Sequence record: MK482688.1 | DNA length: 64,000 nt | Reading direction: 5' to 3' (one strand) | Source of the DNA: Escherichia phage vB_EcoM_LMP25 | In this document: positions 9,910 through 19,205 of the stretch, piece by piece | Numbering within the stretch: the stretch's first letter is position 1 | Layout: each line of letters opens with the position of its first letter | Made by a program: the position numbers and the translations under genes | The notes under the pieces: model-generated | The model's input: only the letters and a program-made list of their open reading frames with translations | What the model was told of the DNA's origin: nothing | Database searches by the model: none

Positions 9910-10161
9910 GATATTCTCCGATATACTTGATATTCAAACACATTTTCTTTTATTACAAACAGCCAACCAATATTATGTTCAGGTATAGTAATAGTGACTG
10001 TGATAATACTGTGATGGAACTTTTCTTCTACCTCAACACCTCCATCACATTTCATGTAGAGCATTCTATAGAACCTATCAACCTTTGTCAAACACTCTTC
10101 CTGAAATTTATTTAAACTTTTTTCTTCAAAGAAGGGTGTGAACCCCTCTCTTTTATAGCTA

Positions 10162-12153
10162 TCACTCAGTTTCGAACGGGCAGTCATCTGCATCCTCACT
10201 TAATACAGGTGGAATCGTTGAGCTTTGACGCTGCTCTTCAGTATAGACTTCACCAGTCTCACGGTCAAACACTTCATCCTCATAATGTGGCAAAGAGTCA
10301 TCATAATGGTCTTCAGCTTCACCAATACCAAACTGCTGGCGAATGTTTTCTGCTGCACCATCAATGTCAACTCCACAACCAGATGCTTTGATGAGACGTC
10401 CTGTATCTGGATTGTACCAAGTATGACCAGCAATACCAGTTGACTTACCATGACGACGACACTTAGTTAACTTGATTTTTGTCAAGTTTTTCTTAACTGG
10501 GTCTGGGTCAACCTTGTTACGCATTAACAGAATGTTATTCATAGAAATCTGAAAATACGCACCAGAACCTTTGATATCCTCTTCAGAGATATCTCCACCT
10601 TCAGAGTTAGCTTTCTGACCACCTGCACTCTTACGAACGTGACATACGTTTACCTGCGCATACTGGTAGCGTTTGCAACGACGCAATAGCTCAGACAAAA
10701 CTTCTTCTTCATCCGTATCAGAACGTGACAGGGCTAACGTGATAGGGTCAAGAATGATAATCTTACAGTCTAAACTGTTAACAAGATAGTCAACAAACTC
10801 TAGCAGGTTATCTTGGTCAATTGCCCCTTGATGGTCAACGATATGGATACGACGGCCTTTAGATAGTTCTGCGTGTGCTCCTTTTAATTCATCCCAATCC
10901 CGTTCATCATAAGGAATCTCAGAAATCTGCTTGCTCAGGTGGATTGCACAGAGCATCTCCATCAACTCTTCATAGGTATCTTCTACAGGAATTACACCGA
11001 TATTATAATCAGTTTCTTTCCAAGCTGAGTAAATCATCTCACGAGTGTAAGCTGACTTACCTACTGAAGATGGTGCTGCAATAGTTGTAATCTCACCTAA
11101 ACCGTAACCACCATAAGTCAGCCTGTTCAAATCTCCGAAAGATTCTGGGAAAGGAATCAATGGAATCTGACCACGATTCTTCATTGCCTCAAAACCATCT
11201 GCAAAGTTCTTGATACCAGCAGGACAGTAACGAGGTGCATTGTAGATACGCTGCTTAAATCCTTCCAGAACTGTATCTTTCTCTTTATAGAACTTTGTCC
11301 ACCACTCGTTAAGGTCTTTTACGCCTTCTGGATACTGGAATAAACGAACCTTCTCAATAGGTAGGATACCAGCAGCCTCTTTAGTGGCTTTAGCACCTGC
11401 TTCATCGTTATCAAAGCACAAGTAAATCTCATCAAATGATGTAATGTACTGATAGTTATCTTTGATAGACTTGATGTTTGCACCTGATGGAACAGATACG
11501 TGACAGTAATTCTTACGACGAGATTTGTCCTTAATCGCAAGAGAAGTCATATAGATTGCTGTCGCACATTCCATCTCACCTTCCCAGATGAATAGACGGT
11601 TACCACCTTCTGGAGCAATCCATGAACCGAACATTGCCAGTTCACCTTTAATGTCTCCAACACCACCAGAAAAGTCTTTTAACTTACCTCGTAGGTGCTC
11701 TTTTGGATGGTCTTCTGGGTAACGGTGACGAACACGGTAGCCAACATGCTCTAGCTTGCCATCTTCATTGCGTTTGTAAGTTGGGTAGAAATGCGCGTCA
11801 ATTTCACCATCACTGTCAATGTCAACCTTGATACCCAAACGCTCAAGAACTTTTGCAGGAATCTTCCTGTCCTTTAAGTCCATTGCTTCAAGGTTTTCTT
11901 TCACATCGTCTAAATCCATTCCACGGAAAGTACGGTTTTTATTGTCTGAACCAGTAGAATAAGTGCTCACGATTTGTCCTTTATCAAAATCCCACTCTGG
12001 GAAACCTTTGTTACAACTAAAGCAAGTCATTGAATAAGAACCATCGTCATGATGATAGATTGAACCAGCATCTGATGAACCACAACGTGGACATGCGCAA
12101 TGACCAACAAACTGACCAGCCTCTTTCAATTTACGACCTTTAGACATTAGCAC
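10162..12153 (-). CDS. Bifunctional DNA primase/helicase (T7 gp4-like)
   Basis: 663 aa; N-terminal Cys-rich zinc-binding region (CPRCGSS...CFSC), TOPRIM-like DNDEAG block, C-terminal P-loop PSSVGKS and DnaB-like helicase region. Confidence 0.85.
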   Translation of the reverse strand: MLMSKGRKLKEAGQFVGHCACPRCGSSDAGSIYHHDDGSYSMTCFSCNKGFPEWDFDKGQIVSTYSTGSDNKNRTFRGMDLDDVKENLEAMDLKDRKIPAKVLERLGIKVDIDSDGEIDAHFYPTYKRNEDGKLEHVGYRVRHRYPEDHPKEHLRGKLKDFSGGVGDIKGELAMFGSWIAPEGGNRLFIWEGEMECATAIYMTSLAIKDKSRRKNYCHVSVPSGANIKSIKDNYQYITSFDEIYLCFDNDEAGAKATKEAAGILPIEKVRLFQYPEGVKDLNEWWTKFYKEKDTVLEGFKQRIYNAPRYCPAGIKNFADGFEAMKNRGQIPLIPFPESFGDLNRLTYGGYGLGEITTIAAPSSVGKSAYTREMIYSAWKETDYNIGVIPVEDTYEELMEMLCAIHLSKQISEIPYDERDWDELKGAHAELSKGRRIHIVDHQGAIDQDNLLEFVDYLVNSLDCKIIILDPITLALSRSDTDEEEVLSELLRRCKRYQYAQVNVCHVRKSAGGQKANSEGGDISEEDIKGSGAYFQISMNNILLMRNKVDPDPVKKNLTKIKLTKCRRHGKSTGIAGHTWYNPDTGRLIKASGCGVDIDGAAENIRQQFGIGEAEDHYDDSLPHYEDEVFDRETGEVYTEEQRQSSTIPPVLSEDADDCPFETE

Positions 12154-12340
12154 CTCTTCGTTGTAGTTCTGCCTTCAATCCATTTTCAATCTTGTCCAGT
12201 TCATGAATTTCATCTGCAATCTCTTTCCTTCTTGATTCAACTCTCTTAAGACGTTCAATCATTACCTCATTGGAAAGAGATGAGAGTTCCACTAAACGGT
12301 GGTCAATAACTTTAAAATTGTCTTTTACTCTCATCTTCAT
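12140..12340 (-). CDS. Hypothetical coiled-coil protein
   Basis: 66-aa charged helical ORF. Confidence 0.3.
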   Translation of the reverse strand: MKMRVKDNFKVIDHRLVELSSLSNEVMIERLKRVESRRKEIADEIHELDKIENGLKAELQRRGANV

Positions 12341-12348
12341 TCTCTCTT

Positions 12349-13092
12349 TTAAACTTTAATGATGGCTCTTAGCTTGTTCTCAAGGTCTGCAAGAGTACCA
12401 TTATTATGAATAATGTCACGCGCATATTTGGTAGAAATCCCATTTTCTGAAACATGTGACGAAACCTTATCCACATTGTCTCTTTTTACTTCGATAGTTT
12501 GGTGTGCAAATCTGCTCAGCCACTCAGCTTCAGAGTCAAACCTTAAGTCACTGATTAAAACAACACCGTATTGATTCTTAAGTGAGCAAACGTCAAAGAA
12601 ATTTGCCATTCGTTTTTCGAGGTCTTTAGCCCAGAATTTGTCACCCATAACTTTACGGATAACTTCAGTACCCCAAATCTGTTGAACCTGTCTTGATGAG
12701 AATTTATACTTTTTACTAAACCCCAGACGTGTTAATAAAGTTGGTTTAGCAACCTTCTTTAGTTCCATAATCAGTCGTCCGGTTAACTCTGACATAAGTT
12801 TAAAGTCCGTATGATAACGTTCACCTCTGAAAGTAAACTCCATAGCTTCTGTGACTTTGAACATCAGTTCAGGGTATGATAAATCAAAAACCTGTGGAGT
12901 CTCTTTAGTTTCACCGTACAGGTCATTCCAAGTCAAGTCAAATATCTTTGATGCAGAGAGTTTAAGGTTGTCTGCATAGGCCATTACTGCAACATTGTAG
13001 CCATACTCATCTTCTAGAATATTCTTAACAATAGAACATGAGGTGTCTTTTCCAGAACGCGCCTTTCCAGTAAATGCGATAATATTACTCAT
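12349..13092 (-). CDS. Deoxynucleoside monophosphate kinase (T4 gp1-like)
   Basis: 247 aa; N-terminal IIAFTGKARSGKDT P-loop closely resembles the T4 dNMP kinase N-terminus (LSGVKRSGKDT); size matches. Confidence 0.6.
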   Translation of the reverse strand: MSNIIAFTGKARSGKDTSCSIVKNILEDEYGYNVAVMAYADNLKLSASKIFDLTWNDLYGETKETPQVFDLSYPELMFKVTEAMEFTFRGERYHTDFKLMSELTGRLIMELKKVAKPTLLTRLGFSKKYKFSSRQVQQIWGTEVIRKVMGDKFWAKDLEKRMANFFDVCSLKNQYGVVLISDLRFDSEAEWLSRFAHQTIEVKRDNVDKVSSHVSENGISTKYARDIIHNNGTLADLENKLRAIIKV

Positions 13093-13112
13093 TCTATCTC
13101 CCTTAATTACTA

Positions 13113-13138
13113 AAAAGCCCCCAACTAAGGAGGCTTGT
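13113..13138 (-). terminator. Hairpin plus T-run (terminator-like) between the 13155 gene and the dNMP kinase gene
   Basis: Minus-strand AGCCTCC/GGGGGCT stem followed by TTTTT. Confidence 0.35.
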
Positions 13139-13154
13139 AAGTTTTTATAAAGAC

Positions 13155-13967
13155 TTAGTGCAGTTGGTCAGTATTAGTCTGTGAATACTCTTTTTCAGCC
13201 ATAGCTGAGATTTGCTTCACAAAATCATCACCAAAGTTAATGCGCAGCTTCTCTTCAATGATTGAAGCACCAATGCTCACCAGAACATCATTGATTGCTT
13301 GCATACTCACACCACCAGTCATACTCTCAATGAACTCAATGCTTGTGCCCATCATCTGTGAAAGCTGGATTAGTGCAACGATATTCATCATCGTAGAGAT
13401 GGCTGGAATCATCAATGCAACTTTCACCTGAAGTGGTTCTACATCAGCTACAGAATCATCTTTCACAGCTTCTTCTAGAGAATCTTTGGTTTGCTGGATA
13501 ATCTCTTTGATTCGTGGGTTTAATTCCTCTACACCCCAATCAAGCTTTTCATATCGTGACAGCTTCTCTTCCATTCGCTTCTCAAGAGCAGCCATAACAG
13601 CACTCGTTGACGAAATTAACAGGTCAACTAGCTCATTATTATCTAAGAGCAGTAGCGAGTCTTTTTCTTCAGAGGTCATGGCAATATAGTCATTTTTCTG
13701 CATCTCATAAAAAATGAACTCTGCAAGAGCATCAACACCTACAACAATAGATGCTAAAGCAAGTGTTTTGTCACACAGCATCATATTAACCTGTTCTGCA
13801 AAAGCACCGTTATCAGACTTGTCTTTAGGCAGGTTATAGCTTGCAGGCATAAACTGTTCTGTGTAGTTGTTTCCACGAAGAATCATAGCCATGCTTTCTA
13901 CGGCATTGATTAAGAATGCTTCGTCAATACCTTTTTCTTCAAGCATCTGGTCTACAGTAGTATTCAT
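13155..13967 (-). CDS. Hypothetical protein
   Basis: 270-aa ORF; no recognisable motif. Confidence 0.4.
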   Translation of the reverse strand: MNTTVDQMLEEKGIDEAFLINAVESMAMILRGNNYTEQFMPASYNLPKDKSDNGAFAEQVNMMLCDKTLALASIVVGVDALAEFIFYEMQKNDYIAMTSEEKDSLLLLDNNELVDLLISSTSAVMAALEKRMEEKLSRYEKLDWGVEELNPRIKEIIQQTKDSLEEAVKDDSVADVEPLQVKVALMIPAISTMMNIVALIQLSQMMGTSIEFIESMTGGVSMQAINDVLVSIGASIIEEKLRINFGDDFVKQISAMAEKEYSQTNTDQLH

Positions 13968-13968
13968 A

Positions 13969-14391
13969 TTATTTCTCTCTCAGTTGGTTAAGTTTCTTTC
14001 TAGAACATTTTAAGTTTTCGGATGAAGAAAAGTCAAGTGTCTTTTCAGAACGTGGATAGTAATGTCTATCCCAAGAAGTTTCAACATCATTAATCAGTGA
14101 CGCTAGATTACACAGGTCTGTACCACTTTGCAACCTCTTTTTAAGAGAATCTAGTAAAGCAACTGTGTCTTTAGCTTTACGTCTCGCTGTAGCAACATCT
14201 TTCATATGCTCAAATACAGAGCATTTTAAGTCATCTTCATAGTTTTCAGACAACTCTATTTCATGTTGTATATCAACCATTCTCCTGTGATGGTGAGCAT
14301 ATTCCCGTTGAGCAGCAATGTCAAGTTCTTCCAACTTCTGCAAAGCTCTAACAAAGTCAGCTATGTCTGGGTGAACAAACATTTTCTGCAT
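13969..14391 (-). CDS. Hypothetical protein
   Basis: 140-aa ORF at the start of the minus-strand operon. Confidence 0.4.
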   Translation of the reverse strand: MQKMFVHPDIADFVRALQKLEELDIAAQREYAHHHRRMVDIQHEIELSENYEDDLKCSVFEHMKDVATARRKAKDTVALLDSLKKRLQSGTDLCNLASLINDVETSWDRHYYPRSEKTLDFSSSENLKCSRKKLNQLREK

Positions 14392-14564
14392 GTAAGCCTC
14401 TTTTAAGTAACTATTAAGTTTTAATCTTTTATCTTAACGTATTCTATACGTTATACTTTAAAGCTTTTTAAAAGCTATTAAATAATCTTTTAAGAGTTTT
14501 AAAGTATCTGTATAGTTAAACTGTTAAGTAACCTTTTAAGTAAAAACCCACTTCGCAAAGATTA

Positions 14565-14589
14565 ACACCTTGTCAAGTACATTGTCAAC
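14565..14589. promoter_or_regulatory. Conserved ~25-bp box ACACCTTGTCAAGTAC(A/T)TTGTCAAC in a divergent intergenic region (second copy at 57006-57031)
   Basis: Near-identical sequence at two divergent promoter regions; contains two TTGTCAA (TTGACA on the minus strand) elements. Confidence 0.5.
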
Positions 14590-14648
14590 TTGCTTTTTAT
14601 AATTTTTTGCAGTAATGTATGAGGTTAATGATTTTAGAGGGAGTAAAA

Positions 14649-17348
14649 ATGGAAAACGTAGATTTTAAAAACTTACATTTAGTTGGTGATACAGAAACTG
14701 ATGGTTTACTCCTTGAGTTCACTAAAGTGCACGTAATGGCTTTCGCAGACTATAAATCTGACGATGAAGAGCCACCTGTATGGGTCTTTACAGATGAGCC
14801 TATCCTCGGTCACAAGTACACTAAGTACATCAAGGGTGGTTTACGTGAAGGTGTTGAGTTTGCGTTAAAGGCAAAACGACTTTGCATCCATAACGGCCTC
14901 GGTTATGACTGGTGGGTTTTCAATCACATTGCACCTGATTTATGGAACTTTGATAATCCAAAGTGTAAACCGTGGAGTAATTTCTTTCAGGATTCTCTTA
15001 TCCAGTCTCGTGTTCAGTGGATGGATAGACCAACTCCAAAGGGTTATAAAGGTGCTCATGGTTTGGCTGCATGGGGTGCTCGTGTTGGTGTTCGTAAACC
15101 AGAGATTGAACATTGGGGTGTGTGGAATGCAGAAATCTTCACTCGTGTTGTAGAAGATATCCGTATTAACGCCAAAACTAAACGGGCACTTGATAATGAA
15201 TATCTCAAGCTTAAGAAGTGTGGCATAGACACTTATGAAACCTACATGCGAGCTAAAGAAACATCTTTCTGGATGAGTCAACAAGCTATCAATGGCTGGA
15301 AAGCTGATAAAGAGCTTATGGAGTTCCATGTAAAGGAACTTGACAAGTTGACTAATGAGCTTGCTTCAGAGGTTGAACCACATCTACCTCCAACTATTAA
15401 GACTAAAGGTAAAGTCACTGGAGAAGAGTTTGCAAAAGCTTGGAATGAGTATGTTGAATCGTTCGGTCATGCAGATGGACTGAAGAGAATTACCAAGTAC
15501 CCTAAGACAAAGTACCGTCAGCAGGTACGTAACGGTGAGATGCAGACATATGAAATCAAGCCATTTGGTAAGCCAACTACAAAGATTTTTAACATTGAAA
15601 AGAGAAATTGCTATACACCAACCAACTCTGTAACTGGTGAAGAGTACAAGGAAGGCTTTGTAGCAATGAAGGATGCTCGTGCAATTTGCAATGAGTTGAA
15701 TGCAAAGATTGGTAAGAAATGCAAAGACTGGAAGCCAGTAAAAACAGTCAAAACTGTGAAGTACTACAACAGTCATGTTGTTAACCACTTTGAACTTGAG
15801 TCAAGTCGCTATACAGGTTTGATTGATGCACCATATACACCAATTGAGTTCGAAGTTTCTCGTATGACTCAGGTAGCAGTTGTTAAAGACTACTTGAAAT
15901 CAGTTGGTTGGATTCCAGATGACTGGAACTACAAGAAAGACTCAGATGGTCGCCCTGTCAAAGTTTGTCGTTTCAAAGACAACAAAAAGATGATTACAAA
16001 GCATCCTAAGTGGCAGGAGATGGTTGAACGGTGTGGCTTGAGTTATGTTGAACATGAAGGTGTCCAGTACATTGAGCATAACTGGTCTGTGAAGAAGTAC
16101 ACAGATTTGCTTGAGCCTTGCTTAATCCGTACTTCACCAAAACTTACTGAATCATCTTATGATACGATTGAAGGCGAGCTTGGACAGAAGATTGCTAAAT
16201 ACTATACTTTGATGCACCGACGTAGAACTATTGAGAACTCAAAGGATGATGAAAAAGGTTGGTTGAACCAGATTCGTCCTGATGGTCGCCTTAGTGCTGG
16301 TGCAATGGTGTTTGGTACTTCAACTGGACGTATGACACAATATGGTATTGTAAACGTACCGTCTGGTGCTGCTGTCTATGGGGAACCAATGAGGGCAGTG
16401 TGGATTTGTGAAGAAGGTACTAACGTCGTCTCTGTAGACATGAACTCAGCCCAGCTAGTTCTTCTTTGTAACTTTATGGGTGACAAAGACTTCACCAAAG
16501 CGGTGACGCAAGGTAAAGAAGAGATTGAGTTTATTCGTCAAGAAGATGGACGCTATTACTGCAAACATTTTGATGAGTACCTCAATCCAGAGATTGATAA
16601 GTACCTTCGCTATGACTCTGAGAATGACCTTTACGTTGTCTATTCAGGGACTGATGCACACACACTGAACAGTATTTACTTTAGCTTGAATGATGAGCAG
16701 GATATCTTGACTTGTCGAGCTACTCAGGATGAGAATCTTCTTCATGAGATTAGTAAAGGTCGTAAGAAAGCTAAGAATGGTATCTATGCACTGCTGTTCG
16801 GTGCAGGGGATGAGAAGTTTGCTAAGACGATTAAAGCTGCAACTACTCAGGAAGGTGCACTGACTAAACAAACTTACTTTATTCGTTTGCCTAAAATTAA
16901 GAAGCTACTAGATGACTTGGAAGCTGACTACAAAGCAACTAAAAAGGCACTTGAAGAGGTGTTTGGTAAGACTGCTGCAATCTCTAAAGGGGGTTTTGTA
17001 AAGGTTGCTGGAGCTTGGTTGTGGTGTAAATCTCCACATAAGTTATTGAATTATTTGCTCATGGGTTCAGAGGCTCAGATTCAAAATGAGGCAATTAACC
17101 TTGCTTGTAGAAGAGCATGTGAAGAAGGATTGACAAAATTAAATGGACGAAAACCAGCAATTGGTGCTAGGCTTTTGCTGGCATACCACGATGAAAACAG
17201 TTGGGAATGCCCAGAAAGTATGACTCAAGAAGTTAAAGCCATAACTGACTGGATGTATGGTCAGGCATCTAAGAATTTAGGTTTGAAGAGTGAGACGCTT
17301 GTAACTGGCACAGGTAAGGTTGGTAAGAGCTGGTTGGAAGTACATTGA
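14649..17348 (+). CDS. DNA polymerase, family A (Pol I-like) with 3'-5' proofreading exonuclease
   Basis: Start moved to the ATG at 14649 (GAGGGAG RBS). Exo I-like LVGDTETDGL, Pol A motif B RKKAKNGIYALLFGAG, motif C-like LAYHDENS. Confidence 0.85.
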   Translation: MENVDFKNLHLVGDTETDGLLLEFTKVHVMAFADYKSDDEEPPVWVFTDEPILGHKYTKYIKGGLREGVEFALKAKRLCIHNGLGYDWWVFNHIAPDLWNFDNPKCKPWSNFFQDSLIQSRVQWMDRPTPKGYKGAHGLAAWGARVGVRKPEIEHWGVWNAEIFTRVVEDIRINAKTKRALDNEYLKLKKCGIDTYETYMRAKETSFWMSQQAINGWKADKELMEFHVKELDKLTNELASEVEPHLPPTIKTKGKVTGEEFAKAWNEYVESFGHADGLKRITKYPKTKYRQQVRNGEMQTYEIKPFGKPTTKIFNIEKRNCYTPTNSVTGEEYKEGFVAMKDARAICNELNAKIGKKCKDWKPVKTVKTVKYYNSHVVNHFELESSRYTGLIDAPYTPIEFEVSRMTQVAVVKDYLKSVGWIPDDWNYKKDSDGRPVKVCRFKDNKKMITKHPKWQEMVERCGLSYVEHEGVQYIEHNWSVKKYTDLLEPCLIRTSPKLTESSYDTIEGELGQKIAKYYTLMHRRRTIENSKDDEKGWLNQIRPDGRLSAGAMVFGTSTGRMTQYGIVNVPSGAAVYGEPMRAVWICEEGTNVVSVDMNSAQLVLLCNFMGDKDFTKAVTQGKEEIEFIRQEDGRYYCKHFDEYLNPEIDKYLRYDSENDLYVVYSGTDAHTLNSIYFSLNDEQDILTCRATQDENLLHEISKGRKKAKNGIYALLFGAGDEKFAKTIKAATTQEGALTKQTYFIRLPKIKKLLDDLEADYKATKKALEEVFGKTAAISKGGFVKVAGAWLWCKSPHKLLNYLLMGSEAQIQNEAINLACRRACEEGLTKLNGRKPAIGARLLLAYHDENSWECPESMTQEVKAITDWMYGQASKNLGLKSETLVTGTGKVGKSWLEVH

Positions 17349-17358
17349 TGGTGTTGAA

Positions 17359-17871
17359 ATGATTACAGAAATTCGTCTTAAGGAGCTATTGGACTACGAC
17401 CCCGAAACAGGGGTCTTTACTTGGAAGTTTAGAGAAGGTAATGCAAACTTTAACTCTAGATTTGGAGGTAAGAGGGCTGGAAACTACAGAACAAATACTG
17501 ATGGACACAAGTCAGTTCAGTTGCTGATTGATGGAAGGGGTTACCAAGCAAATCGTTTAGTTATCTTGTATATGGATGGATATCTACCTGATAAAACCTT
17601 ACAGGTTGACCATAAGAATGGGGACGGTTGGGACAATAGGTACTTGAATTTAAGGGTTTGTACAGCTTCACAAAACTCTTGCAATCGGTCAAGAGAGTCC
17701 CCATCTGGGTTGCCAAAAGGTGTACAGAAGATAAGTAAAAGGTTTCGAGCAATGATACGTTTACAAGGTAAAAACTATCATCTTGGTATGTTTGACACAC
17801 CAGAAGAAGCCCATAAAGCTTACTGTGAAGCTGCTATTAAACTCCACGGAGAGTTTGCAAAACTAAGTTGA
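17359..17871 (+). CDS. HNH homing endonuclease with AP2-type DNA-binding domain
   Basis: VDHKNGDGWDNRYLNLRVCTASQN (HNH core) plus C-terminal AP2-like RAMIRLQGKNYHLGMFDTPEEAHKAY; begins 11 nt after the polymerase stop. Confidence 0.7.
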   Translation: MITEIRLKELLDYDPETGVFTWKFREGNANFNSRFGGKRAGNYRTNTDGHKSVQLLIDGRGYQANRLVILYMDGYLPDKTLQVDHKNGDGWDNRYLNLRVCTASQNSCNRSRESPSGLPKGVQKISKRFRAMIRLQGKNYHLGMFDTPEEAHKAYCEAAIKLHGEFAKLS

Positions 17872-17922
17872 CAAGGTGCTCAGGGAAGAGTACCTTATAC
17901 TACATCTTGTATAGGAGGGCTT

Positions 17923-18132
17923 ATGAGTCACCGTGGAAGAACCCATGCAGCGATGATGAAAGGTGCTTCAAAGGAAACTATCAAGAACCGTAAGCAGAAG
18001 TTGTTTGAGAGAATGAACAGGCTAATTGATAATACTTCCCTGTCTGGTGGTGAGAAAGTTTTCCTTAAAAGTAACCTTAAAAGCATTGCACAAGAACTTG
18101 TAGATATTGAATATTGGAGACATCAAAAATGA
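17923..18132 (+). CDS. Hypothetical protein
   Basis: 69 aa; AGGAGGG RBS. Confidence 0.4.
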   Translation: MSHRGRTHAAMMKGASKETIKNRKQKLFERMNRLIDNTSLSGGEKVFLKSNLKSIAQELVDIEYWRHQK

Positions 18133-18347
18133 CACTTGCAGACGTTATTCAGCAACTTCATGATAACTGCTATACTCCAGAGCTGATTCAGGAGATGTGC
18201 ATTGTAGTCATGCCTAGTAGGTTCGTAAAAACCTTTAACAGCGACACTTTAAGGTCTGCACACATTCTTATTGTTGAAGGTAAGATTGCAAAAGACCGTA
18301 CTGGAGTACTCAAAGGTGAACGTATTGATATTCTGGAGTTGCTATGA
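18129..18347 (+). CDS. Hypothetical protein
   Basis: Start trimmed to the ATG at 18129 (GGAGA RBS). Confidence 0.35.
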   Translation: MTLADVIQQLHDNCYTPELIQEMCIVVMPSRFVKTFNSDTLRSAHILIVEGKIAKDRTGVLKGERIDILELL

Positions 18348-18613
18348 AGAAAATGTACAGTCTCTGGGGAAGTATTATGTGGAAAGCAGTAATTGCGCTT
18401 GGTGTTGTTTTTCTATCTGGCTGCAACCCTTCTTATGAAGATAAAAATGCTTCTTACAGTCTCCCACCAGAGATGCAAGATTGCAGAGTATACAAGTTAC
18501 ATGGTGATGCTATAAGCAGGGATATTGTTGTTGTCAGATGCCCAAACTCTCAAACAACAACATCTTATAGCTATGGCAAAAATGGTCAATCACATACTAC
18601 GGTTATTGAGTGA
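18344..18613 (+). CDS. Putative lipoprotein
   Basis: Signal-peptide-like N-terminus ending in a lipobox-like LSGC. Confidence 0.4.
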   Translation: MKKMYSLWGSIMWKAVIALGVVFLSGCNPSYEDKNASYSLPPEMQDCRVYKLHGDAISRDIVVVRCPNSQTTTSYSYGKNGQSHTTVIE

Positions 18614-18623
18614 GGTTTTCACG

Positions 18624-18830
18624 ATGGAAGTATTAGTAAACTATATCTACCGTTATGATACTGTTCACACCACTACAACCGTAGCTCAACGTAACCCAAT
18701 CGTCCCACGAGAAGGTGAGTTGGTTCGCATCGAGGGTTGGACTTACACTGTGGAAAGTATCATTCATAAGTTTGATGTTGCTGGTGATGTTCAAGTTATC
18801 GACGTGGAAATTGGCGGTAAGAGAAAATGA
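18624..18830 (+). CDS. Hypothetical protein
   Basis: ORF 18525..18830 trimmed to the internal ATG after the lipoprotein stop (GAGG RBS). Confidence 0.35.
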   Translation: MEVLVNYIYRYDTVHTTTTVAQRNPIVPREGELVRIEGWTYTVESIIHKFDVAGDVQVIDVEIGGKRK

Positions 18831-18994
18831 AATCTAAGCAAACAATGACAGATGCAATCTTCACAGTACACAGTTTCGAAAGGTTGCACATTAAAGATGC
18901 AAAAAATACACCAAAATGCGTTGTACATTTCATTAAAAGACGTAGTGATAGGTCTTATATAAAATCTGACACAGGCGAGAGTACAAATGGGTAA
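18827..18994 (+). CDS. Hypothetical small protein (55 aa)
   Basis: Hand-translated; ATGA start/stop overlap with the upstream gene; below ORF-track cutoff. Confidence 0.25.
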   Translation: MKSKQTMTDAIFTVHSFERLHIKDAKNTPKCVVHFIKRRSDRSYIKSDTGESTNG

Positions 18995-19205
18995 AGATAA
19001 TAAATTTCAGAACGCAGTTCTTACAGAAGATGGTGAGCTTGAAGCATTCATTCTTCGTGTTGATGGTAAGTTATTCCGGTGTCGTTGTGGGTCAAACTGT
19101 TTCCATAAACCAGATAAAAACGACTTAGAGCTTTACGCATGTAATGCTTGCAACACTTGGTATCACTCAGAGGTTAAAAATGACAATTCTGTACAAACAA
19201 AATAA
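18987..19205 (+). CDS. Small Cys-rich (zinc-ribbon-like) protein
   Basis: 72 aa with CRCGSNC ... CNACN pairs. Confidence 0.4.
   Translation: MGKDNKFQNAVLTEDGELEAFILRVDGKLFRCRCGSNCFHKPDKNDLELYACNACNTWYHSEVKNDNSVQTK

Noticed and set aside
14649-17871. Possibility that the HNH endonuclease is an intein or intron splitting the DNA polymerase
   Set aside because: The polymerase reads through in one frame with exonuclease and polymerase motifs in order and stops before the HNH gene; no intein splice-junction residues or intron-like structure seen.
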